Below are positions 57,182 through 64,000 of a stretch of DNA of 64,000 nucleotides, piece after piece; the first letter of the stretch is position 1; each line of letters begins with the position of its first letter. The position numbers and the translations under genes were made by a program. The DNA comes from Candidatus Kaiserbacteria bacterium (GTDB taxonomy: Bacteria; Patescibacteriota; Minisyncoccia; Phycocordibacterales; UBA918): assembly GCA_019634005.1 (NCBI GenBank), contig JAHQWD010000003.1, forward strand, positions 176,539 to 240,538. Direction: 5' to 3'. The notes below the pieces were generated by a model, which saw nothing but the letters and a program-made list of their open reading frames with translations, was not told where the DNA came from and searched no databases.

Positions 57182-57996
57182 ATGGATGTAAACTTATCAA
57201 GAATATCGCCTGGCATAAAACGGGACATCATCACTGTATATTCTTTCCGCTCCTTTGTCAGATGCATCGTATACTCCCCTTCCCTCCCTAATTGTTTTTT
57301 GATCTCAGGATGATTCTCTAGATATGACTCTAGCTTACAAGGAACAACCTCGTCCTGTGAGATAACATGGAGAGAGTCTCCGTAGGTACGACGGATCATG
57401 TTCTTCAGGAGTGTGTAGTGCGTACAAGCAAGTACAACTGTATCCACTCCCCTATTTCTCTCTATGGTATCTGCAAGGATGGCATATGCTTGCATGGTAT
57501 TTCCTGTCTCAATAAGCGGCACTAGTGCAGGTGTTGGGACTGAAAGAAGCTCCATATGATTCACTCCTCTTTGTGCTAGTTCGAGATTGTACTTCTTGGA
57601 GTCAACGGTACGTTTTGTCCCCACCAGGAGTGCTCTCTGTGCATGTCCTTCGATAAGCTCTTCTACCGTTGGAATAATGACTCCGAGAATCCTTCTATCT
57701 GGATACTCCTCTACAAGGAACGTATCCTGGAGTCTCCGTAATGTCTCTGCGGATGCAGTGTTACACGCAATAATGACCACCGCACAATCGTGCTCAAAAA
57801 GATACCGCATGGCTTCCTCAGTATATTGGTATATTTCTTCCTCACTTTTATCTCCATACGGAAGATTTTTTGTGTCTCCGTAGTAGAGATAATTGTACTC
57901 TGGGAGGTGCGTGATAACACTGCTGAGGATAGTGAGCCCACCAATCCCAGAATCAAAGAATCCTATGTTACTTTTTCCGTACTGCTCGTGTTGCAT
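57178..57996 (-). CDS. murI: glutamate racemase
   Basis: IGFFDSGIGGLTIL and the motif with the second catalytic Cys. Confidence 0.9.
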   Translation of the reverse strand: MQHEQYGKSNIGFFDSGIGGLTILSSVITHLPEYNYLYYGDTKNLPYGDKSEEEIYQYTEEAMRYLFEHDCAVVIIACNTASAETLRRLQDTFLVEEYPDRRILGVIIPTVEELIEGHAQRALLVGTKRTVDSKKYNLELAQRGVNHMELLSVPTPALVPLIETGNTMQAYAILADTIERNRGVDTVVLACTHYTLLKNMIRRTYGDSLHVISQDEVVPCKLESYLENHPEIKKQLGREGEYTMHLTKERKEYTVMMSRFMPGDILDKFTSI

Positions 57997-59188
57997 ACAC
58001 CATATTTAATGCCACAGAAGCAAGAGCCGCAAGAATAAACGTCCATTCAATAGAGACAAAGAGTGAGAGTGAGACTACAATTACCAGCCCGAGTACCCGA
58101 CCAATGTGCACGGACATTTCCCGAAGAAGACTAAATTCATCAACATAGTGTCCTTGATCAGCAGACATATCATAGAGTGTTGTATCTATCGGGGTACGGA
58201 CAAATATCCGCGTAATACTGTGATAGAGACCTACGAAAAATACCTGCGCAATAGAGAGCACAAATATTTTAAATACCCAGCCAACTGCATAGAGCGTGCT
58301 TCCAATACGGAGGGTCTTTGCACCAGAGTTTTTCTTTTTATCTATGTAACTTCCTAACCCCAGTTGGATAATAATGGTGAGTCCAACCACAAGTGTTGAG
58401 ACTACTCCAATGTCAAAAACATTCCCATCAAATATCTCATAGAGAAAGATCGGCCAGACAATGAGATTGAATGTGTTCTCAAGACCGCTCGCAAACATAC
58501 TTGAGGTCATTGGACGATACTTCTTTGCAAATAGATTCTGCACTGTCCTTTTAAAGGTCCATGTGAATTTCTCATCGGTATCAGGTACAAATGCGTATGA
58601 GATTGTTGCGAGAACCAACAAAACTATGGCCACAGCAAAGAGCGCATTGTATCCAGAGTTTTGGATGATGTATCCAGCAAGGATTGGACCCACCACTCCC
58701 ATAAAGGCAATCGTGGCATAGGTAATACCGACACTTCTCCCTCGCTGTCCGTCACTGGTAAAGAGCGTAAAGTCCACATGATACGGCACCCAATGGAATA
58801 CACGGAAGATAACGGTCAATCCTGCAAGGAGTCCGAGCAGAAGCCAGACATCTTCCGCGCTATCCATCCAATATAAAAGACTGTATGTTGCGACACTCGC
58901 GACCCCTCCAATAACAAGCGCCTTTCGGAATCCAATCCCATTCATTATCTGCATACCAGGCACTAGCATGAGCACATACGCAAGGGAGACAACCGCGTAG
59001 TATCCCCCAACGATGTAAAAACTCTCCCCTGTAATAGTGTAGATGTAGATAGGAACAAACACACCAAGAAGTGCTGTTGCCGCCCCGTGGATTAAACGCT
59101 TTGCAATAAACAGTTTCAAAAATCCCTGTTCCTCATCCTTCGTATTCACCAAAAACTGAACAAACAGTCTGCGTATCTTTGCAATCAT
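57968..59188 (-). CDS. MFS transporter
   Basis: 12 predicted TM helices over 406 aa. Confidence 0.8.
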   Translation of the reverse strand: MIAKIRRLFVQFLVNTKDEEQGFLKLFIAKRLIHGAATALLGVFVPIYIYTITGESFYIVGGYYAVVSLAYVLMLVPGMQIMNGIGFRKALVIGGVASVATYSLLYWMDSAEDVWLLLGLLAGLTVIFRVFHWVPYHVDFTLFTSDGQRGRSVGITYATIAFMGVVGPILAGYIIQNSGYNALFAVAIVLLVLATISYAFVPDTDEKFTWTFKRTVQNLFAKKYRPMTSSMFASGLENTFNLIVWPIFLYEIFDGNVFDIGVVSTLVVGLTIIIQLGLGSYIDKKKNSGAKTLRIGSTLYAVGWVFKIFVLSIAQVFFVGLYHSITRIFVRTPIDTTLYDMSADQGHYVDEFSLLREMSVHIGRVLGLVIVVSLSLFVSIEWTFILAALASVALNMVYATRAVRKK

Positions 59189-59265
59189 ATAGCAACATTA
59201 TAACAGGAAGTGACTCCTATTTTCCGTGATATACTGAACGTACATCTATTAGTAACGTAGACAAT

Positions 59266-59667
59266 ATGAACAATTTTGGACAACATCGTTTCTGGAAGAC
59301 ACACGCTCTTCTTATCGCACGTATTTTGATGGGAGGTATGTTCCTTATGGCAGGTATCAGCAAGTTCCAGGGCATTGATGCAACAGCTGCATTCATTGCA
59401 AGCGTAGGTTTCGGCGCTCCAGTATTCTTTGCTTGGTTCGCAGCGATTTTCGAGACCGTACTTGGACTCTTTATCATTATCGGAAAGTGCTTCCGTCGCT
59501 CTGCGGTACTCCTTGCACTTTTTACCCTTGTGATTAGTTTCATCTTCCATAATCCAGGAGATGCCGTACAACAACTCGCTTTCACTAAGAATATGGCGAT
59601 TGTTGCTGGTCTCCTCTTTATGGCAGCACATGGTGCTGGAGACACGTGGCGACTTGGACGAGGATAA
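59266..59667 (+). CDS. DoxX-family membrane protein
   Basis: 4 TM helices, with the pattern LIARILMGGMFLMAGISKF. Confidence 0.7.
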   Translation: MNNFGQHRFWKTHALLIARILMGGMFLMAGISKFQGIDATAAFIASVGFGAPVFFAWFAAIFETVLGLFIIIGKCFRRSAVLLALFTLVISFIFHNPGDAVQQLAFTKNMAIVAGLLFMAAHGAGDTWRLGRG

Positions 59668-59685
59668 TCCTTTGTTCATACAAAA

Positions 59686-59709
59686 AACCACCCCGAAGGG
59701 TGGTTTTTT
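59686..59709 (+). terminator. intrinsic terminator (aaccacccc-gaa-ggggtggtt + TTTTT)
   Basis: Read from the sequence. Confidence 0.7.
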
Positions 59710-59728
59710 GTTGTCTTCGTGTTGAAGG

Positions 59729-60022
59729 TTATCGCATAGCGATTGTTGGACTCCAACAAGGAGATGATGCGCTCCATGGCTGTGTACCCTGCGTCTCATA
59801 CAGATACCGAGCATACGCCATATTGTCATAGATATTTTCTAGATCGAGACCGAGCTTCTCTGCTGTCTCACCGTGATACCGTTTGTTGATTTGCATCACG
59901 CCGGTGTCAGCAGAATCTACCTTTCCTCGAAGAACAGATCCGTCAGCAAGTGTGTGTCTAAAGGTAGACTCACATCGTGCTACCTGGATCATAACCGGAA
60001 TATCGCTGAAGTATCGTCGCAC
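59729..60022 (-). CDS. lytic-transglycosylase / lysozyme-like domain protein (SLT/Rpf-like ARCES motif); the start is ambiguous
   Basis: VARCESTFRH...DTGVMQIN. The only in-frame start is a GTG just before the domain. A signal-peptide-like sequence is encoded in frame upstream (to about 60150) with no start codon. Confidence 0.45.
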   Translation of the reverse strand: MRRYFSDIPVMIQVARCESTFRHTLADGSVLRGKVDSADTGVMQINKRYHGETAEKLGLDLENIYDNMAYARYLYETQGTQPWSASSPCWSPTIAMR

Positions 60023-60315
60023 TACATCCTCAGTGTTCTTTGAACGAAGAATGGTGTGCTCTGCTACCTCAATCTGACCATATGCCTGATCGGCAACCGG
60101 AATTGCATTTGCAGCTCCTGTGACTGTAATAACTGCTGCAATGACGCTGGATAAAATAAGCCAAGTGTCTTATCTAACAAAAAGACGGCCGAAGCCGCTT
60201 CGCGAGCTATTTTAACATGGATATTTTGAAAGTCAAGTTATGTAACAGATAAATAGTCGTGTCAATAGTATAAAAACCCTTATTCTAAGCCATATTTAGA
60301 ATTAGGACTTCGTAT

Positions 60316-61158
60316 TTAAGCCTTTTTTTGGCGTAAAAAGACCATAGATCCATATAATCCGCCCTTATCTTCAAGCTCTGCGAGTACCATTTCAGGCATG
60401 TGCTGCCCTTCCCCAAGTGCTTCTGCGGTATGTCTCTGTATATCTGGAAGCAAAATACGTGGATCTCCTACGATCATAGAGCCTCCCAGTACAATACGCT
60501 GTGGTGACCAGTATAGAATAGTGTTCTTAAGCCCAAATCCAAGATATTGTGCAAGTTCATCCCAAACAGGGTCATCCTGTGGAATGTCATAGGGTTTCTT
60601 CCCTGTTCGTTTTTCCAACGCAGTACCTGATACAAGATTCTCAAGAGTATGCGGAACATCTTTACCAAGGATACTCCTATCCATGTCCAGTATCTGATGC
60701 CCAGGTTCAAAACCATCCTCGCTCGGTGCAATTTTCCCGTCGATGATACGAACTCCACCAACGCCACTGGAAACCGTATGGTACACCACAATCCCCTCTT
60801 CCATACCCGCACCGTAATATGTTTCCCCCAATCCGACGAGCGCAGTATCATTTTCAAGATACACTGGTGTATTTAATTCTTCGGAGAGATGCTTCTGTAG
60901 TGGCTTCCCCACCCAATCAGTGAGAATAGAATCATTATGAATCTGCGTACGCTCGTGATCTAGCACACCACGTACACCGCCTGCACAAGCACTCAGCTGC
61001 CGACCATCGGCAAGATCTTCTATTGTTTCAATCAATTGTGCGACCCCTTCTTCAAAATCTTGTGGTGTGTCATACACAATAGGCATCTCAAAAGACTGTA
61101 AGTCCTCACTTACTGCGACTCGTGTCTTTGTTCCACCAATGTCAAAGAGTGCGTACAT
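60316..61158 (-). CDS. ROK-family glucokinase
   Basis: LFDIGGTKTRVAV and ENDTALVGLGE. Confidence 0.8.
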   Translation of the reverse strand: MYALFDIGGTKTRVAVSEDLQSFEMPIVYDTPQDFEEGVAQLIETIEDLADGRQLSACAGGVRGVLDHERTQIHNDSILTDWVGKPLQKHLSEELNTPVYLENDTALVGLGETYYGAGMEEGIVVYHTVSSGVGGVRIIDGKIAPSEDGFEPGHQILDMDRSILGKDVPHTLENLVSGTALEKRTGKKPYDIPQDDPVWDELAQYLGFGLKNTILYWSPQRIVLGGSMIVGDPRILLPDIQRHTAEALGEGQHMPEMVLAELEDKGGLYGSMVFLRQKKA

Positions 61159-61162
61159 ACGT

Positions 61163-62089
61163 TTATTCTACAATAACCTTAATCTTGGTATTAAATAGCC
61201 GAGATGCCTCTTTTACATACACCTCAATATTATCTTTGAAATATGGTGGAAGCTGGTTCTGGATCCGTCCAATGATTGCATAGCCCATTGCCATCAAATC
61301 GACAATCCCCGCATGCTCACGAAGTGGTATGTGGAGGCGTGTTTCCTTGGTACCGAATACCTTATTCCGTTCACCAAAGGAAATGAAGCACTCTGTTGGG
61401 GATGGCACTACCGTCTTTGCATGCTTCATCTGTTCTGTTGTAAAAACTCTAGCAGAAATACGTGGACCGAAGAGTTCATCAAACTTTGCCAACAGTAATC
61501 CTCGAAGCGAATCAAACTGTGGAGGGATGATCAAACAGAATGCATCAAATGAACCAAAGTTCTCTGGAAGTGCAGGAAGTACTGTCTCAACATGCTGTTT
61601 AATTGCTCCTGCATCCTCTTTCGTCTTTGAAAGCAACATACCCATATACGTGGACACATTGTACGTATAGGGCTCTCTCAGTCGAGGAAATACGAGGACG
61701 TGTTCTGTATCAAGCAACTTCTCTGCAGGAGTGCTCTTTGCAGTTGTAAGGAGAAAGACTTCACTTCCTCTTTCCTTTGCATACTTCACCATCTCTGGCG
61801 CATGCTTACTCCCTGAAGCAGAGATGACGACAACCGCCTCGATATCAGGATGTGCCTCATATGTCTCCTCATATGTACTTTCGTCAGCAAATACGGCGTT
61901 CCTATCCTCGTACAGCAGTCGACCTGTCACAGCGGCTCCCTCACTCCCCAGCACGAGTACCTTTTTATCTTGCGCTGGAAGTTCTTGACGCGATGGCTTG
62001 TCTTCAAAATATTCCAAGGCACCGAGCACTACTGTATCTAGGTCTGGTAGAGAATCTTCACGAAATGTTACAAGAACATCTTGGTACAT
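61163..62089 (-). CDS. SIS-domain protein, putatively a bifunctional phosphoglucose/phosphomannose isomerase
   Basis: VVVISASGSKHAPEMVKYAKERGSEVFLLT is an SIS-fold motif. The size is about 300 aa, and the gene is adjacent to glucokinase. Confidence 0.45.
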   Translation of the reverse strand: MYQDVLVTFREDSLPDLDTVVLGALEYFEDKPSRQELPAQDKKVLVLGSEGAAVTGRLLYEDRNAVFADESTYEETYEAHPDIEAVVVISASGSKHAPEMVKYAKERGSEVFLLTTAKSTPAEKLLDTEHVLVFPRLREPYTYNVSTYMGMLLSKTKEDAGAIKQHVETVLPALPENFGSFDAFCLIIPPQFDSLRGLLLAKFDELFGPRISARVFTTEQMKHAKTVVPSPTECFISFGERNKVFGTKETRLHIPLREHAGIVDLMAMGYAIIGRIQNQLPPYFKDNIEVYVKEASRLFNTKIKVIVE

Positions 62090-62092
62090 ACG

Positions 62093-62854
62093 CTATTTTT
62101 TCTTTGCCTCGTATCCGTTCTTTTTGAGATCGTCTCGGAGTGTTCCAATAACATAGTCATAGGCTTCATCCACAGAGTCGACAATATGGAAGAGATCGAG
62201 ATCCTCTGGAGAGATGGTCTTATACTTATCTCGAAGGTGATTCTTCATGAAATCAACAAGTGGTGTCCAGAACTCTTTTCCGTAGAGTATGATCGGTACC
62301 TTACTAATCTTCTTTGTTTGCACGAGTGTGAGGATCTCAAAGAGTTCATCAAGTGTCCCAAAACCACCAGGGAAATAAATGTAAACCTCAGATGCATATG
62401 CAAGAATCACCTTGCGAGAGAAGAAGAAATGGAACTCCTTAGATTCTGTGACATACGGATTAAGTGCCTGCTCAAACGGAAGTTCAATATTAAACCCAAC
62501 AGACTGCCCACCCACTTTGAAGGCGCCGATGTTCCCTGCTTCCATAATGCCACCTCCGCCACCAGTAATAATCGCAACACATTCCTTTGCAAGGCGCTCG
62601 GCAAGCTCTTCTGCTGCTTGGTAAATGGGAGAATCTGGCTTTAATCGTGCACTCCCCCAAAACGTAACCGCTGTTCCATATTTTCGAAGCGTCTCAAATC
62701 CATCCACGAATTCTGACATGATGCGAAATACACGCCACGACTGCATCGCTTCAACTTTGGTGCCATCACCAAGGAGATCCGTCATTACGCGGCAGTGTTC
62801 ATTCGATACGTAGATGTCTCCAACATCTTTCTTTGCAAGATCTTTTTTAGGCAT
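62093..62854 (-). CDS. LOG-family protein (TIGR00730 Rossmann-fold nucleotide-binding / cytokinin-riboside 5'-monophosphate phosphoribohydrolase-like)
   Basis: GGGGGIMEAGNIGA and PGGFGTLDELFE. Confidence 0.85.
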   Translation of the reverse strand: MPKKDLAKKDVGDIYVSNEHCRVMTDLLGDGTKVEAMQSWRVFRIMSEFVDGFETLRKYGTAVTFWGSARLKPDSPIYQAAEELAERLAKECVAIITGGGGGIMEAGNIGAFKVGGQSVGFNIELPFEQALNPYVTESKEFHFFFSRKVILAYASEVYIYFPGGFGTLDELFEILTLVQTKKISKVPIILYGKEFWTPLVDFMKNHLRDKYKTISPEDLDLFHIVDSVDEAYDYVIGTLRDDLKKNGYEAKKK

Positions 62855-62874
62855 ACGCGTATTTTACCACGCTC

Positions 62875-63468
62875 TTAGAGCCACGGAATATCAAACTCCT
62901 CAAACTCTGGGAGTAACTTTTTATCATAGAGCAATCGGGAGATAACCTCCGCATGAGAGAGTGCCCCTGTAAGTGCATTGTGTGGCTGTGGCTCGTCTGG
63001 GATGCCACAGTACTGAAGAATCGCATCGAGATTGAGTGCAGAACGTCGATGTTGTGCATCAATTGGTGGGGCATTCCCTCTTTTCACGATATGCATCCAA
63101 CATAGAGAGTGGGTATCAATTGTTCGGTATGCCAAGTCCCACGGAAGTCCTTCGCGTCCCAGCGCAGCTCTTACAAAGTCTCTATCAAATGAGACATTCT
63201 GTCCCGCAAGGGTACGGTCAGAAAAATGCTGTGACCATTCTAGAAATGCTCGCACCAACTCCCCTTCTGTCTGCTTACTTGAATCAGTAATCTCTTCCTT
63301 AGTAAACCCATTTACTTCTAAAGCACCATCCATAATGTGTGCTCCATCCCAGATGCGACACTCCCCGTAGAATCTATTCTCTGGATTCTTTAAATCCAGT
63401 GCTCCAATCGAAACAATGGAGTGTTTGTCATATTCTGTTCCTGATGCCTCAACGTCTAATACCAACAT
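62875..63468 (-). CDS. DEDD-family 3'-5' exonuclease domain protein
   Basis: MLVLDVEASGTE (Exo I) and the H-containing Exo III region. The ORF extends to 63660. The start is set at Met 63468 to avoid the + gene. Confidence 0.6.
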   Translation of the reverse strand: MLVLDVEASGTEYDKHSIVSIGALDLKNPENRFYGECRIWDGAHIMDGALEVNGFTKEEITDSSKQTEGELVRAFLEWSQHFSDRTLAGQNVSFDRDFVRAALGREGLPWDLAYRTIDTHSLCWMHIVKRGNAPPIDAQHRRSALNLDAILQYCGIPDEPQPHNALTGALSHAEVISRLLYDKKLLPEFEEFDIPWL

Positions 63469-63536
63469 ACCTGTAGAGTGTACCATATGATAAATCTGTG
63501 GTATGGTTGCGCCAGACCACAGATGGGAGTACCGAT

Positions 63537-63809
63537 ATGACTGACAAAATACTTGACGATGAACTTGATGCTCTAACAGAGATCCTCGCAAAAGACATCG
63601 TTCATGCCCTCCAAAATGCATGTGAACATCCGCACCTTTATATGCGTCTGCATGACGCACTCATTGCAAAAGGGGTCAGACAACGAAGCGCCGACCCGAG
63701 CAAACAAGCGGCAGACCCTGAAAATGTCGCAGATATGTTTGACCTGATCGCGGGGAGATTCGGAGTAATGCACTTCGATACCGAGGACAAGAGGAAGGGT
63801 AGTAATTAA
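63537..63809 (+). CDS. hypothetical small protein (90 aa)
   Basis: A GGGAG SD lies 7 nt before the ATG. Followed by a terminator. Confidence 0.4.
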   Translation: MTDKILDDELDALTEILAKDIVHALQNACEHPHLYMRLHDALIAKGVRQRSADPSKQAADPENVADMFDLIAGRFGVMHFDTEDKRKGSN

Positions 63810-63994
63810 CCGTCCGTCCTCAAGCCCTGCCCCACCTCAAAACGCCCTGTATCCCAGGGCGTTTTCGTTTTCTCCACAGACATCCTCCCAAGGCCAAAAG
63901 AAGCCAAAGAAACCAATATAATAAGGGCTAACATGAAGATGTTGTCACTGTCCAAAAAACGCTTGAGTTTTTGACCTATTTCTTGTATACTCAT
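63806..63994 (-). CDS. hypothetical small membrane protein (start close to the window edge)
   Basis: One TM helix (IFMLALIILVSLASFGL). Confidence 0.3.
   Translation of the reverse strand: MSIQEIGQKLKRFLDSDNIFMLALIILVSLASFGLGRMSVEKTKTPWDTGRFEVGQGLRTDG
63839..63871. terminator. bidirectional terminator (aacgccctg-tatc-cagggcgtt, A-run and T-run flanks)
   Basis: Read from the sequence, between convergent small genes. Confidence 0.6.
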
Positions 63995-64000
63995 GCCCAC

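Noticed and set aside
63486-63660. N-terminal 64-residue extension of the exonuclease ORF (MRHADAYKG...)
   Set aside because: The extension would overlap the convergent + strand small gene with a good SD at 63537. It is His/Cys/Arg-rich with no domain. The start was moved to Met 63468, which directly precedes the Exo I motif.

Overview
This 64-kb window comes from a bacterial genome of about 45-47% GC, read by eye. The gene forms suggest a reduced-genome, probably monoderm organism, and this is inference, not established lineage. The supporting clues are a short ATP-synthase epsilon subunit, an AlaRS lacking its C-terminal domain, a Cys-less L36, many small membrane proteins, and no flagellar or outer-membrane machinery in view. 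Most of the window is housekeeping. From the 5' end it starts with the tail of the ATP synthase operon (atpD and atpC) and the peroxiredoxin gene bcp. A marR, HlyD-adaptor and RND-pump efflux operon follows on the minus strand. The other housekeeping genes called are ychF, a thioredoxin-like/DsbB pair, leuS, mltG, mnmA, a DNA-repair and nuclease cluster (Cas4-like PD-(D/E)XK nuclease, MGMT, UDG, HD hydrolase), pepF and alaS. There is a ribosomal cluster (infA, rpmJ, rpsM, rpsK, rpsD, rpoA, rplQ, rplM, rpsI). Next is a chaperone operon (grpE, dnaK, dnaJ), interrupted by a GC-rich small gene. After it come trpS, aspS, scpA, scpB and the cell-wall and division genes dacA-like, mraY, ftsW and murG. 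The window ends with gltX, an M23 peptidase, xerC/D, murI, an MFS transporter and a minus-strand sugar-metabolism cluster (ROK glucokinase, SIS isomerase, LOG, exonuclease). No rRNA, tRNA or CRISPR array was found. The standout is an AT-rich three-gene island (35528-37983) placed between the rpsI terminator and the grpE promoter. It encodes a MotB-like stator protein, a MotA/ExbB-like channel with a coiled-coil tail, and an HNH nuclease. This looks like a compact Zorya type II-like anti-phage system with inverted gene order and a shortened tail. Other notable points follow. The LeuRS carries an embedded NUDIX domain. A T-box-like leader lies upstream of aspS. Two promoter-to-terminator units with no convincing ORF are candidate ncRNAs (about 8558-9094 and 56455-56724). 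There is an ATP-cone-restriction-endonuclease fusion, an orphan low-GC MazF/PemK-like toxin, and a lytic-transglycosylase-like gene whose signal peptide has no start codon. Coordinates derived by hand from the sequence lines (starts, terminators, promoters) may be off by a nucleotide or two. All family assignments rest on motif recognition by eye, without database searches.
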